A program made the translations under genes and the position numbers. This document shows positions 9,262 to 20,476 of a stretch of DNA of 32,000 bases, piece by piece. The notes beneath the pieces were generated by a model. That model did no database searches. It saw nothing but the letters and a program-made list of their open reading frames with translations, and was not told where the DNA came from. This stretch comes from Xylella taiwanensis (GTDB taxonomy: Bacteria; Pseudomonadota; Gammaproteobacteria; Xanthomonadales; Xanthomonadaceae), in the NCBI RefSeq assembly GCF_013177435.1, contig NZ_CP053627.1, positions 2,310,001-2,342,000 of the forward strand, given 5' to 3'. Each line of letters begins with the position of its first letter. Position 1 is the stretch's first letter.

Positions 9262-10926
9262 ATGTCCTCGCAATACATCTACACTATGAACCGCGTCAGC
9301 AAGGTGGTCCCGCCCAAACGGCAGATCATCAAGGACATTTCGCTCTCGTTTTTTCCCGGTGCCAAGATCGGCCTGCTCGGTCTGAACGGCGCTGGCAAAT
9401 CCACGGTGCTAAAAATCATGGCCGGCGTGGACACCGACTTCGAAGGTGAGGCTCGCGCACAGTCTGGTATCAAAGTTGGCTACTTGGCCCAAGAACCGGA
9501 ACTGGATCCAAACAAAACCGTACGCGAATCGGTCGAAGAAGGTGTGGGCGAAGTCATGCAAGCCCAAGCAGCGCTAGAAAAGGTCTACGCCGCCTACGCT
9601 GAAGATGGTGCCGACTTCGATGCACTCGCCAAAGAACAGGAACGCCTGGAAGCCATCTTAGCCAGCAATGACGCACATACACTGGAACAGCAACTGGACG
9701 TGGCCGCTGACGCACTGCGTTTACCACCATGGGACGCAAACATCAGCCATCTGTCAGGCGGTGAGAAGCGCCGCGTGGCATTGTGCCGTTTGCTGCTGCA
9801 AAAACCAGACATGCTGCTGCTGGACGAACCGACTAACCACTTAGATGCCGAGTCAGTCGAGTGGCTGGAACAATTCCTGCAACGCTACACCGGTACCGTC
9901 GTCGCCGTGACCCACGACCGCTACTTTCTTGACAACGCCGCCGAATGGATCCTGGAATTAGACAGAGGCCGCGGCATTCCATGGAAAGGCAATTACACCG
10001 AGTGGCTGGTACAAAAGGAAGAGCGCCTGAAGCAGGAAGAAAACCAGGAAAAGGCGCGTCAGAAAGCCATCCATCGAGAACTGGAATGGTCACGCCAGAA
10101 CGCCAAGGGCGGGCGTTCCAAGGGTAAAGCGCGCTTGACGCGCCTGGAAGAACTACAGTCACAGGAATACCAGAAACGCAACGAAACCAACGAAATATTT
10201 ATCCCGCCAGGCGAACGCCTAGGTGCCTCAGTCGTCGAATTTAAAAACGTCTCCAAGACATTCGGAGACCGTCTACTCATCGACAACCTCAGCTTCCTCG
10301 TCCCGGCAGGTGCAATCATTGGCATTATCGGTCCGAACGGCGCCGGCAAATCCACACTGTTCAAGATGATTACCGGCCAAGAAAAACCCGATGCGGGCGA
10401 AATCATGATCGGGTCAACGGTAAAACTGGCTTACATAGACCAGAGCCGCGATACGCTGGAAGGTAACCACACCGTATTCCATGAAATTTCCGGCGGTTTG
10501 GATATCCTCAACATCAACGGTGTGGAGATCCAATCACGCGCCTATATCGGACGTTTCAACTTCAAAGGCCAGGATCAGCAGAAAATGGTTGGTTCGCTGT
10601 CCGGTGGTGAACGCGGGCGCTTGCATATGGCCAAGACCCTGCTACAGGGCGGTAACGTGCTTTTGCTCGACGAACCCTCTAACGACCTGGACATCGAAAC
10701 CCTGCGTGCGTTAGAAGATGCGCTTCTGGAGTTCCCAGGCAACACCTTCGTGATCTCGCACGACCGCTGGTTTCTGGACCGTATCGCAACCCATATTCTC
10801 GCCTTTGAAGGCAACTCGCACGTGGAGTTTTTCCAAGGTAACTACCGCGAGTACGAAGAAGATAAGAAACGCCGCTTCGGCAATGACGTCGGCCCCAAAC
10901 GCCTACGCTTTAAAGCACTCAAGTAA
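9262..10926 (+). CDS. ettA: energy-dependent translational throttle protein EttA (ABC-F ATPase)
   Basis: 554 aa. Two Walker A motifs (GLNGAGKST, GPNGAGKST), two ABC signatures (LSGGEKRR, LSGGERGR) and no TM domain. GGAG lies 5 nt upstream of the ATG. Confidence 0.95.
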   Translation: MSSQYIYTMNRVSKVVPPKRQIIKDISLSFFPGAKIGLLGLNGAGKSTVLKIMAGVDTDFEGEARAQSGIKVGYLAQEPELDPNKTVRESVEEGVGEVMQAQAALEKVYAAYAEDGADFDALAKEQERLEAILASNDAHTLEQQLDVAADALRLPPWDANISHLSGGEKRRVALCRLLLQKPDMLLLDEPTNHLDAESVEWLEQFLQRYTGTVVAVTHDRYFLDNAAEWILELDRGRGIPWKGNYTEWLVQKEERLKQEENQEKARQKAIHRELEWSRQNAKGGRSKGKARLTRLEELQSQEYQKRNETNEIFIPPGERLGASVVEFKNVSKTFGDRLLIDNLSFLVPAGAIIGIIGPNGAGKSTLFKMITGQEKPDAGEIMIGSTVKLAYIDQSRDTLEGNHTVFHEISGGLDILNINGVEIQSRAYIGRFNFKGQDQQKMVGSLSGGERGRLHMAKTLLQGGNVLLLDEPSNDLDIETLRALEDALLEFPGNTFVISHDRWFLDRIATHILAFEGNSHVEFFQGNYREYEEDKKRRFGNDVGPKRLRFKALK

Positions 10927-10934
10927 GTACAGCC

Positions 10935-10972
10935 GCGGCCCGCCCAGTGCGGGCCAGGCCGCACAGTTTTTT
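10935..10972 (+). terminator. intrinsic terminator candidate after ettA
   Basis: Perfect 7-bp GC stem GGCCCGC-ccagt-GCGGGCC (10937-10955), followed a few nt later by T6 (10967-10972). Confidence 0.55.
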
Positions 10973-11573
10973 CAGCACTGACGGTATACCCGTCCAGCAT
11001 CTCTACACGTTCCATACATCCAACAAGAACGCAGAGGATGCGCTACAAAAGTCCCTGACGCAGCAGCAGAACTTTGAACGTTTCAGCATGTAACCACCCA
11101 ACCATGCACTCGGCTGCATGGAGCACTTTGGCGAGCCATTTTCTAGCACCTGATACAGACACCGTGGTTAGTTTCAAATGGAAACGTGCCGGGATCCAAC
11201 GTTTTTCCCAGCACCAGCCGACAGATGGAACAGCACAAACAGCAAAATGTGCAGCAACGCCAAGTAGCTCACCAGATCACCATCCCCTATTTCATTACGA
11301 AATAGGGCACAAAGTTATGCAAATCGAAAACGGATCAAACACAGGCAGGTATTACTCAAACGCTTGCAACGCAACCACGATCATCCACTGGCGCCAGAAA
11401 GCCACTTTACGAACACGATGACAATCCACAGCAGTAGCGTCATGCCTCATGCCATTAAGCACTGCATACGTCCGATATGAAACAACATTCATATCATGCG
11501 CCACCAAAATACCGGCATTAACAAGCTTTAAATTCAAAATTTCACAATAAAAATCTAAAAAACAAAAAATAAA

Positions 11574-11602
11574 TAGACTTAAGTCACATTTTCAAGTACG
11601 AT
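11574..11602 (+). promoter_or_regulatory. candidate promoter of mqo in a very AT-rich patch
   Basis: TAGACT, a 17-nt spacer, then TACGAT, each matching 4 of 6 consensus positions. Pattern match only. Confidence 0.25.
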
Positions 11603-11698
11603 TTGCTGGTTTTCAGCCAAAACAGCGCATCTCTTCCCCGCGCATCCGGCTTCCCAGCAAGTAACGCGCTAACTTTCCTTCTCGACATTACGCATCCC

Positions 11699-13387
11699 AT
11701 GAAGAAATCCCTTAAGGCTCTAACAGGCCTCATCGTGGCGTTTGCTCTGGCGACCCTCTTATTCTTGTACTGGCCGCTTTACCAGCGTTCTGTTCCAACC
11801 GCGAACAACGACACACCAGTGGACGTGGTGCTCATCGGTGGCGGCATCATGAGCATCACCCTAGGTACCTACTTACAAGAGCTGCAACCAGATTGGAAAA
11901 TCGAGTTGTTCGAACGCCTGAACGGTATCGGCATGGAAAGCTCAGACGGCTGGAACAACGCCGGCACGGGTCATTCCGCCTTCGCTGAACTGAATTACAC
12001 CCCCGAACTACAAGACGGCACCATCGAAACCAAACGTGCGATCAAGATCGCCGAACAATTCGAGATCTCGCGCCAATTCTGGTCCTATCAAGTCCATCAT
12101 GACCGCTTGCCCACACCGTCAGAGTTCATCACTCCGACCCCACACATGAGCTTTGTCTGGGGCGAAGATCGGATCGAATACCTACGCAAGCGCCACAACG
12201 CGCTCATTAAGAATCCCCTGTTCTACGGGATGCAGTTTTCCACCAATCCAACGGAGATCCAACAGTGGGCACCACTACTGATGGAGGGCCGGCCACCAAA
12301 CCAGAAAGTCGCTGCAACCTATATGCCGTTGGGAACTGACGTCAACTTCGGCGTCATTACCAGGAGTCTTGCCAAGCATCTGCAACAGAACCCAAACTTC
12401 ACACTGCGCCTGCGCCATGAAGTCACTGCACTGCGCCAAAACGCTGACAAGACGTGGAACGTGACCGTCAAGGACCTGATCAGCAATCAAGAACGCACTA
12501 TCAAATCACGCTTTGTGTTTATCGGGGCTGGTGGCGCTGCACTGAAACTGCTGCAAATGTCTGGGATCCCCGAATCCAAAGATTATGCTGGCTTTCCGGT
12601 CGGTGGCCAGTTTCTAGCCTTCGAGAACGCAGCAATCACGCAACGCCACAACGTTAAGGCCTATGGCATGGCCGAGACAGGCTCGCCGCCGATGTCGGTA
12701 CCGCACCTGGACGCCCGCAAACTCGACGGCAAATCCATCGTTCTCTTCGGGCCTTTTGCGCTTTACAGCACCAAATTCCTGAAGGATGGCTCCTGGTTCG
12801 ACCTGTATTCCTCGATCAACCATCACAATGCCGCTGGCATGCTGAGCGTCGGCGAAAAGAATCTAGACTTAGTTAAATACCTGTTGAAACAAGCCAGACT
12901 CAGCGATGCAGACCGCCATGCCGAACTTTTGAAGTACTTCCCCAACGCCAAACCGACCGACTGGACACTGGTCACGGCCGGCCAACGTGTACAAGTGATC
13001 AAACGTGATCCGGAGAAGGGCATGATTCTGCAATTCGGCACCGAAATCGTCATCGATAAGGCCCGCACCATCGCCGCCCTGCTAGGGGCCTCCCCTGGTG
13101 CATCGACCTCCCCGCCCATCATGCTGGATCTGCTGGCCAAAGCATTCCCGCAACAAATGAAAGATGGCTGGGAAACGCAATTGAAGAACATCATTCCTTC
13201 CTACGGACAGCACCTCAACGACAGCGTGATGCTGACCAACAGAATTCGACGGATGACCAGTGAGACGCTATCACTGCCATATCTGGAAGTACCGGACATA
13301 TCGGCCAACCGCCCTGCCCCTACCGCTGCCCCGAAGCCACAGCATTCCTCAACCCACAACGCCAATTCGGAAATGCAAACGCTCTAA
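11699..13387 (+). CDS. mqo: malate:quinone oxidoreductase (FAD-dependent)
   Basis: 562 aa counted from the ATG at 11699. An N-terminal hydrophobic segment ([18 protein letters not shown]) is followed by the dinucleotide-binding motif [12 protein letters not shown] and Mqo-like sequence throughout. Confidence 0.9.
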   Translation: MKKSLKALTGLIVAFALATLLFLYWPLYQRSVPTANNDTPVDVVLIGGGIMSITLGTYLQELQPDWKIELFERLNGIGMESSDGWNNAGTGHSAFAELNYTPELQDGTIETKRAIKIAEQFEISRQFWSYQVHHDRLPTPSEFITPTPHMSFVWGEDRIEYLRKRHNALIKNPLFYGMQFSTNPTEIQQWAPLLMEGRPPNQKVAATYMPLGTDVNFGVITRSLAKHLQQNPNFTLRLRHEVTALRQNADKTWNVTVKDLISNQERTIKSRFVFIGAGGAALKLLQMSGIPESKDYAGFPVGGQFLAFENAAITQRHNVKAYGMAETGSPPMSVPHLDARKLDGKSIVLFGPFALYSTKFLKDGSWFDLYSSINHHNAAGMLSVGEKNLDLVKYLLKQARLSDADRHAELLKYFPNAKPTDWTLVTAGQRVQVIKRDPEKGMILQFGTEIVIDKARTIAALLGASPGASTSPPIMLDLLAKAFPQQMKDGWETQLKNIIPSYGQHLNDSVMLTNRIRRMTSETLSLPYLEVPDISANRPAPTAAPKPQHSSTHNANSEMQTL

Positions 13388-13392
13388 CAACG

Positions 13393-13415
13393 GCCCGCTG
13401 GAGCGTCCAGCGGGT
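13393..13415. terminator. stem-loop between convergent mqo and the DCC gene
   Basis: Perfect 8-bp stem CCCGCTGG-agcgt-CCAGCGGG (13394-13414). There is no clear U tract on either strand, so the function is uncertain. Confidence 0.4.
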
Positions 13416-13566
13416 CATCATCCAGATACAAAATCCCCCCACCCCCAGTACCCCATATTGCTTTCTTCAACATGCGCTACGATGCGGCATCGGCTTCGTA
13501 TGCTAACGATAGATAGATATGCCAAATCGAGGTACGCCACGTCGCCGTACTCATAAAGGCAGAGCG

Positions 13567-14004
13567 TCAATCAAGGAAGCGCTCACGCTCCGCCGGCTCT
13601 GGGATCAGGCATTGAGCATGGCGCCCGAACCAACGATAGCGATTGCGCGCCAGCCAGCGATAACAGGCATCTCGCCAGCGACGCGGAAACACGTGCAGCC
13701 AAGCAGCAGCGCGCCAGAAACCACCTAAACCGGCCAATACACGCAACACTGCATCTGAGTCAGTCCAAGCCTTCCCATCCTCAACCAGCAAGAACGAAAT
13801 CGGATCCTCTGGATCCAATCCATATGCACGCAGCAGTACCTGACCATGCGCTCCCTGCATCGTGGCAAAACGGTAGCGTTTTTTTCGGTCACGGCGCAGC
13901 AGGAAACGCACCCCACCATTGCATAGCACGCAGACGCCATCGAAGACGATCACAACGGTAGTTGCATCAACCTGACGCAAAACATCCCTCATATGCGGAT
14001 ACAC
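13567..14004 (-). CDS. thiol-disulfide oxidoreductase, DCC family (DUF393)
   Basis: The FDGVCVLCNG motif (DGxCxxC) is near the N-terminus and the protein is about 140 aa. The start could be 14004 or 13992. Confidence 0.8.
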   Translation of the reverse strand: MYPHMRDVLRQVDATTVVIVFDGVCVLCNGGVRFLLRRDRKKRYRFATMQGAHGQVLLRAYGLDPEDPISFLLVEDGKAWTDSDAVLRVLAGLGGFWRAAAWLHVFPRRWRDACYRWLARNRYRWFGRHAQCLIPEPAERERFLD

Positions 14005-14480
14005 GGCCCCACTCTCGGTAGGCCCATCTGAATCAGAAAACGGCAGCGTCTATCCTTTGCCGATTCATGGTACGCGCAACCGTAGAACAAACGTACTGAT
14101 AAAGGCAACCACCCCACATATTCGGGTCACACAATAATGGAGCCAATGCACTCGCATGTCAGGCACACTCCAATCGAACTAAACCAAACTGCGAACCACT
14201 CGGCATAACAGCGCATGTATCGACCATCCATTAAAGCAACGGCGCCAATGCTAGCGCCCCTCATGACTGACAAAAATCACTGAACCGGTACCGTCCCGCC
14301 AAGTCGCAAACGCATCATGGCAGGCAACCCAAGCAGCCACCTGTGACGGCCACGCTACACCCAATATTCCCCTTATGGAGTACAACCAACACCCCTCACG
14401 TGGACAACACAGAGTATCTCCAGCAACACAGCAAATATCTCAGCACTCAACACTTACTAGAATTATTAAGAGAAGCACGT

Positions 14481-15263
14481 TTAACACGCGATCCATGCCA
14501 ACGTAGCAAAGCGTCCGCTGCGACGGTCGCGGCGGTGGGAGAAAAATCGCTGTGGATCAGAGATTGTGCACAAACCGCCACCATAGATAGAGGCAGCGGA
14601 GAGCCCCGCACGCATCAAGCGCTGCCGTGCCAACGCATACAGATCAACACACCAATGCCCGGGACGGGTTGCTGAGAAAGCACAAGCCGCACCCGAGTCA
14701 CGCTCAACGAACGCGGCATACACATCCAGACCAACCTCGTAGGCATGTGGGCCGGCTGCAGGCCCAAGCCACGCTTGCAAACGCTCTGGCGCCGTCCGCA
14801 ACGCAGCCACCGTTCGCTCCAGCACATCATGAGCCAAACCACGCCAACCAGCGTGTATAACACCGATCTCACTACCATCACCAGCAGCCAATACGACCGG
14901 CAAGCAATCAGCGGTCAGGATCGCCAAGACCACGCCAAGCACACTGGTAATCGCAGCATCAGCCGTCGGCTCGACCACGCGGCCGATCGACTGCGGAGGC
15001 GCATCGACACGCAACACCTCGGCACCATGCACTTGCTGCAACCAGTGCGGCACTGACGGTAAGCCCAACATCTCGACCAAACGGGCTCGATTCCGCTCCA
15101 CACACACGGGCTCGTCACCTTCAACCACACCACAGTTCCCAAGATTCAACCGATCGAACGGTGCTACGGATACACCAGGCCCATCACGCAACGTGCTCAA
15201 TACGATGACACCGGGCGGGGCCGGCCAATCCGGCATTAGCACCCAAGATGGAAGCGTCCCCAT
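14481..15263 (-). CDS. pgeF: purine nucleoside phosphorylase / polyphenol oxidase-like protein YfiH (PgeF)
   Basis: 260 aa counted from the ATG at 15263, 8 nt after the rluD stop. DUF152 motifs are present (ILTADCLPVVL, VIHAGWRG, CT...FFSHRR). The rluD-pgeF pairing is conserved. Confidence 0.85.
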   Translation of the reverse strand: MGTLPSWVLMPDWPAPPGVIVLSTLRDGPGVSVAPFDRLNLGNCGVVEGDEPVCVERNRARLVEMLGLPSVPHWLQQVHGAEVLRVDAPPQSIGRVVEPTADAAITSVLGVVLAILTADCLPVVLAAGDGSEIGVIHAGWRGLAHDVLERTVAALRTAPERLQAWLGPAAGPHAYEVGLDVYAAFVERDSGAACAFSATRPGHWCVDLYALARQRLMRAGLSAASIYGGGLCTISDPQRFFSHRRDRRSGRFATLAWIAC

Positions 15264-15270
15264 CTCAGCG

Positions 15271-16248
15271 TCACTCCCGTTCAGAAAACACCACACTGTC
15301 CTCACGCAGCACCGCCAGAAGCTGACATAAATCCTCTGGCACCGGCGCAGCAATACGCACAGCCGCACCACCCACAGGATGGAGGAACTCCAACACTTCA
15401 GCATGCAATGCCTGACGCTTGAATCCGCGCAGCATGACGACCAACGCCTCAGTGCCGCCCTTGGGTAGCTTCAGCAATCCACCGTACAGCCGATCACCGA
15501 CAATCGGATGACGCAGATGCGCCATGTGCACGCGGATCTGATGAGTGCGCCCAGTATCCAGGCGGCACTCCAATGCCGTGTGGGCACGGAAGCGCTCCCT
15601 CAGCCGGTAATGAGTGACCGCTTCCTTACCTCTCTCGGACACCGCCATCCGCAGTCGGTCACGTGGGTGGCGTTCAATCGCCGCATTGGCCGTGCCACCG
15701 GAAACCAGCGCGCCAACGACTACCGCCAAATACTGGCGATGTACCTGACGTGTGGACAATTGCTCCACCAGCGCCGTCTGCGCCAGCAGCGTACGTGCCA
15801 CTACCATCACCCCACTCGTATCTTTGTCCAGTCGATGCACGATCCCAGCGCGCGGCAACGCCGCTAAAGCCGGATCGCGATGCAGCAAAGCATTGACCAA
15901 AGTACCATCGGGATTGCCAGCACCCGGGTGCACTACCAGCCCCGCAGGCTTATTGAGGACGAATACATGTTCGTCCTCGTACAAAATATCCAACGGAATA
16001 TCCTGTGGTACGGCATCGGTCCGGGTCTCCAACATCGCCTGTAACCTAACCGTTTCGCCACCGTAAACCGGATCACGCGGCCGTGCCAGCAATCCGTCCA
16101 ACAGCACATCACCGGATTTGATCCATTCGGCCAAGCGTGAACGCGAGAATTCCGGGAAAAGTTCGGCCAACACAGCATCGAAGCGACGGCCAGCAGCGCT
16201 GTTCGGCACCGTGACCTGACGAGAAAATGCAGGGATGTTATCGGGCAT
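15271..16248 (-). CDS. rluD: 23S rRNA pseudouridine synthase RluD
   Basis: 325 aa counted from the ATG at 16248. S4-like N-terminus and catalytic motif HRLDKDTSG. The 150 extra upstream codons in the track are antisense to bamD and non-homologous. Confidence 0.9.
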   Translation of the reverse strand: MPDNIPAFSRQVTVPNSAAGRRFDAVLAELFPEFSRSRLAEWIKSGDVLLDGLLARPRDPVYGGETVRLQAMLETRTDAVPQDIPLDILYEDEHVFVLNKPAGLVVHPGAGNPDGTLVNALLHRDPALAALPRAGIVHRLDKDTSGVMVVARTLLAQTALVEQLSTRQVHRQYLAVVVGALVSGGTANAAIERHPRDRLRMAVSERGKEAVTHYRLRERFRAHTALECRLDTGRTHQIRVHMAHLRHPIVGDRLYGGLLKLPKGGTEALVVMLRGFKRQALHAEVLEFLHPVGGAAVRIAAPVPEDLCQLLAVLREDSVVFSERE

Positions 16249-16362
16249 AGACACCAACAAAAACAGCGAAATTCGGCACCGGCAGGAGCATAAGTCATTC
16301 ACAGGACAGGCCATTAGGCTATCATCAATACTTCGTATTCTTGATGCGTGCCACGCAACCCC

Positions 16363-17241
16363 ATGACCCAACGTCCTGCCTTCTTCGCACCTACCCACCT
16401 GTTGGTCATGCTGCTGGCCACCTTGATCGTCATCACCGGCTGTCACCGCGAGGCCAAAAAGAATCCTGAAGATGGCATGCCGGTGGAACACCTGTACGAC
16501 AAGGCACACAACCTCATGAAGAAAGGCAACTGGGCCGGCGCCGAGGTCAGTTTCAAGCGTCTGATCGCACAATACCCATATGGCCCGTATACCGAACAGG
16601 CGATGATGGAGAACGCCTACGCACAGTACAAATCGGGCAAGCACGATGACGCTGTATCGTCGATCGACCGCTTCATACGTATTTATCCGACACACCATAA
16701 CATCGCCTATATGTACTACCTGCGGGGTCTGACCAACAGCAACCGCGACACAGTGTTTTTGCGCAAGGTCTGGTCACTGGACCTCAGTCGCCGTGACTTA
16801 TCCGCACCACAGCAGGCCTATAACGACTTCAAGACCGTGCTCGACCGCTACCCGGACAGCCGCTACGCTGCAGAGGCCCGCAAGCACATGATCGAGCTAC
16901 GCGACATGTTCGCTCAGTACGAGATGAACGTTACGCTGTACTACCTACGCCGTAATGCTTGGGTCGCAGCCGCAGGTCGCGCCAACTTGCTGCTGGAAAC
17001 CTACCCAAAGAGTGCGTTCCAATACGATGCCGTGGCCGCCCTTGGAGAGGCTTACACCCATTTGGGTAACAAAACACTTGCAGATAATGCACGCCAAGTA
17101 TTGCAAACAAAAGCCCCTAACCACCCATGGCTCAAGGGCCAATGGCCAAAGTACCCAGCAACAATCCGCAAGCTAAACCCATTCGCAGGTGAAAAATCAG
17201 CTGCTACCGGACAGGCTAACGCCGTCGTAGATTCCAGGTAA
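16363..17241 (+). CDS. bamD: outer membrane protein assembly factor BamD (lipoprotein)
   Basis: Signal peptide with lipobox VITGC and TPR-like repeats ([10 protein letters not shown]...). Divergent from rluD as in other gamma-proteobacteria. The start is 16363 (ATG) or 16348 (GTG). Confidence 0.9.
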   Translation: MTQRPAFFAPTHLLVMLLATLIVITGCHREAKKNPEDGMPVEHLYDKAHNLMKKGNWAGAEVSFKRLIAQYPYGPYTEQAMMENAYAQYKSGKHDDAVSSIDRFIRIYPTHHNIAYMYYLRGLTNSNRDTVFLRKVWSLDLSRRDLSAPQQAYNDFKTVLDRYPDSRYAAEARKHMIELRDMFAQYEMNVTLYYLRRNAWVAAAGRANLLLETYPKSAFQYDAVAALGEAYTHLGNKTLADNARQVLQTKAPNHPWLKGQWPKYPATIRKLNPFAGEKSAATGQANAVVDSR

Positions 17242-17611
17242 GTTTCAATGAAAAATCGCAATATGTACTTAATCTGGATGCAAGCTCGGTGCAATGAAAT
17301 TGCTTTACGGCCAGTGTTATAAACCCGTGAATTGGTCTCTGGTTGCTTAATTAGCAAGAAGACTCTGGATCGGGAAACATTCTCATTTTACGAAGCAACT
17401 TCATTTTCATTAAAAACCTCATCGTCATTGTGCGGTTAAAACACTTGCTCCATCTCTATAAAGTGTTATCAACTCGCATTCTCTCTATAAATTAAAGCAT
17501 CCGGATTTGATGCTTGGCCCTGATTCCCACGGATGCCCCTTAAGTTCGGATACTTGGACGTAGGGGGCCACAGATGACATTTCGACCATTCTGGACTTGC
17601 ACAGGGATCAC

Positions 17612-18280
17612 TCAGCCGCCCTTATGCAAGTCCCTCCGAACATACAATGGACCGGCTCCGCATCTGGGTGACACACGATACTTGCGGAACCTGTCTGGAA
17701 CATTGGGATGCTCGAGAGGCCCCACATATTCACAGCAGTTCAAACACATCTGGACAGTATGACCGCAGACAGGAATCCTCTCTCCCGTCAGCAGTGTATC
17801 TTTCATCTTGATCCTGAAGACACTTCTCCAAAGGGGCAAAACACACTCCTTCGATCTGATGGTGAACTTCTGTGTGCCCCAGCCAGAGACACTTCCGCCT
17901 CGCTGAACACCTGATCCGAGTAATGCACCGACTGGAACGCGACGACAGCGTCAAAGCACTCCAGACCAAGATACTGTTCACGCATCACGTCCACACCACA
18001 CACCCTCCCGGCTCACGTACGCACACTCTGCCACGCAGCACGTGCAACATCACAACGCCACCTTCAGCATTGCACTCCTCATGTTCAATACACTGAAACA
18101 CTCTGGAGCGGACATCACCTGATGACTGAGATGTTGAAACAAACAACACTGTGATCCAGTCATGTCAGCAACAGAAAATACACCACCGGACACTGCCGCC
18201 AAATCAATCAGGACATATGGAAAACCGTTTTTACCCGCATCTCCAAGAACCACTAAAAAAATCACGAAGATCCCAACCAC
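17612..18280 (-). pseudogene. relic of a class I SAM-dependent methyltransferase-like gene (multiple frame breaks)
   Basis: My hand translation of the minus strand gives consecutive fragments in three frames. These are ...YVLIDLAAVSGGVFSV... (degenerate motif I VLDLGxGxG), ...HLSHQVMSA..., ...ECFDAVVAFQSVHYSDQVFSEAEVSLAGAH... (the FDxVxxxxxLHH...VLKPGG region), then a Cys-rich tail (CGHTVQMCLNCC). All are interrupted by stops. Confidence 0.4.
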
Positions 18281-18373
18281 AGATAACAGAACATCCCTTG
18301 CCTATGACCAACATTGCACCAAACGGTATCAATGCATCGACCTATTATTGTTCAAAGAGTTTTTCTGCCTCTC

Positions 18374-18622
18374 TTAACACCGACGGGAATCTGAGGTGCA
18401 ATTGCCACAACGATGACAAGCGCCGACACGACGCATCTCTGGCACCAAGCGATGCCCGAAACGCTGTATCCAGAGAGGTCGACCTGATCGGGTCAAATGC
18501 CACGCCAGTACAGTACAGACTCGACTCCAGGTACCGGGCAGATACTTGCGCACCACCACAAGCACACTGACAACCACCACCAACGCAATCACCACATATT
18601 GCAGTAGCAATGACACGCTCAT
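18374..18622 (-). CDS. small FeoB-associated Cys-rich membrane protein (FeoC-position gene)
   Basis: 82 aa starting 3 nt after the feoB stop. One N-terminal TM helix (LLLQYVVIALVVVVSVLVVV) and a C-terminal CxxCxxC (GACHRCGNCTS). Confidence 0.6.
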   Translation of the reverse strand: MSVSLLLQYVVIALVVVVSVLVVVRKYLPGTWSRVCTVLAWHLTRSGRPLWIQRFGHRLVPEMRRVGACHRCGNCTSDSRRC

Positions 18623-18625
18623 GGG

Positions 18626-20476
18626 TTAGCTCGCCCCCAGTAGCAATGCAACTTGGTAAGTTGCCAACGCCGCCAGGTAAGCCAAACCAAATAGATACCC
18701 TGCCGTCATCGCCATGTGCTTCCAAGAATTGGTCTCACGCTTAATCGTAGCCAAGGTGGAAATACACATCGGTGCATAGATGTACCAGACCAGCAGCGAC
18801 AGCGCCGTAGCCAATGACCAGCCGTCTTGAATCAGCGGCGACAATGCCCGCACAGCCATATCGTCATTGGACACTGACAATGCATAGACCGTTGCCAGCG
18901 AGGAGACTGCCACCTCGCGAGCCGCCAATCCTGGAATCAACGCAATGCAAATTTGCCAGTTAAAGCCTAATGGGGCAAAAAACACTGCCAGCACATGGCC
19001 AATTCTTCCAGCAAAGCTGTAATGGATCGCTGAATCAGTCACCCCGGACGGTGCCTCCGGAAACGACAGCAAAAACCACAGCAGGATGGTCAACGCCAAG
19101 ATGATGCCACCGACTCGCTTAAGAAAAATGGCCGCTCGCTCCCACAAACCCAGCACCAAATCACGCGGATGAGGCAATCGGTAAGATGGCAGCTCCAACA
19201 GCAATGGATGCTCGCTTTTGTTGCGACGCCACTTTTTTATCGTCCAAGACACAGTAAGCGCGCTGAGGATGCCCGCCATGTACAACCCAAATAGCACCAA
19301 CCCCTGTTGATTGATCGGGCCCCACAGGGATTTAGGCGGCACAAACGCACCGATCAGCAACGTGTACACCGGCAACCGCGCCGAGCAGGTCATCAACGGC
19401 GCCACAAGCATGGTAGCAAGGCGATCACGTGGGTCCTGAATACTGCGCGTTGACATGATGCCCGGCACCGCGCAGGCAAAACTAGACAACAGTGGAATGA
19501 ACGAACGCCCGGAAAGACCAGCCAACACCATCGGCCGATCGAGGAGGAACGCCGCACGCGGCAGGTAGCCAGACTCCTCAAGCGCCAGGATGAAAGCAAA
19601 CAGGATCAAGATCTGCGGCAGAAACATCACCACCGCGCCAAGACCAGCAATGATCCCATCTACCACTAAACTGCGTAGCGGGCCGTTCGGCAACACATCC
19701 CCAATCCCATGACCCAACGCCGAGGTGCCCACTTCAATCAGATGCACCAGCGGTGCAGCCCAGGCGTATACCGCCTGAAAAATCAAGAACATCACCACGG
19801 TCAGCACCATCAAGCCGAACACCGGGTGCAACAACCAGCGATCCAACGCATCGTCCACGCGCGATGTCCGACTGGGCATCCTTACCGCCGCTTCCAGGAT
19901 GTGCCGTACTTGCGCGTGATACTGGTCACCGGCAGGTGACGTGGGTGTGGGTGCAGGCAACGTTGTCACCACCGTGTCGAGTTGCTCGATCAGCGCGCGC
20001 GCGCCATGACGGCGTACCGCCACCGTTTCCACCACTGGCACCCCTAACATCTGCTCCAGCATCTCGCGATCGATGCGAATGCCACGCCGCTGTGCAGCAT
20101 CAACCATGTTCAGCGCCACCACGACTGGCCGCCCCAACTCAAGCAACTCCAGTACAAAACGCAAATGCAGCCGCAGGTTGGTCGCATCGATCACACAGAC
20201 CAGCACATCCGGCGGAGCCTCACCAGGATAGAAGCCACGGCAGAAATCGCGGGTAATCGCCTCGTCCAGACTGGCAGGCTGAAGACTATAAGCTCCCGGC
20301 AGATCAAGAACCACGCACTCACGCCCAGACGGTGCATGGAAATGCCCTTCCTTACGCTCAACCGTGACACCAGGATAGTTAGCCACTTTCTGTCGGCTAC
20401 CCGTCAACTGATTGAACAACGCTGTCTTGCCGCTGTTGGGATTACCCACCAGAGCCAACCGCACCTGCTTATTCAT
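18626..20476 (-). CDS. feoB: ferrous iron transporter FeoB
   Basis: 616 aa with an N-terminal G domain (GNPNSGKT, DLPG) and a polytopic membrane domain. The ATG overlaps the feoA stop (ATGA). Confidence 0.95.
   Translation of the reverse strand: MNKQVRLALVGNPNSGKTALFNQLTGSRQKVANYPGVTVERKEGHFHAPSGRECVVLDLPGAYSLQPASLDEAITRDFCRGFYPGEAPPDVLVCVIDATNLRLHLRFVLELLELGRPVVVALNMVDAAQRRGIRIDREMLEQMLGVPVVETVAVRRHGARALIEQLDTVVTTLPAPTPTSPAGDQYHAQVRHILEAAVRMPSRTSRVDDALDRWLLHPVFGLMVLTVVMFLIFQAVYAWAAPLVHLIEVGTSALGHGIGDVLPNGPLRSLVVDGIIAGLGAVVMFLPQILILFAFILALEESGYLPRAAFLLDRPMVLAGLSGRSFIPLLSSFACAVPGIMSTRSIQDPRDRLATMLVAPLMTCSARLPVYTLLIGAFVPPKSLWGPINQQGLVLFGLYMAGILSALTVSWTIKKWRRNKSEHPLLLELPSYRLPHPRDLVLGLWERAAIFLKRVGGIILALTILLWFLLSFPEAPSGVTDSAIHYSFAGRIGHVLAVFFAPLGFNWQICIALIPGLAAREVAVSSLATVYALSVSNDDMAVRALSPLIQDGWSLATALSLLVWYIYAPMCISTLATIKRETNSWKHMAMTAGYLFGLAYLAALATYQVALLLGAS

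Noticed and set aside
19753-20256. Long antisense or shadow ORFs inside real genes
   Set aside because: Examples are 620-991, 5067-5534, 7888-8323, 19753-20256, 29100-29732 and 30134-30583. They are R/P/H/S/T-rich and low-complexity, lie fully within well-supported genes on the opposite strand or in another frame, and match no family I recognise.
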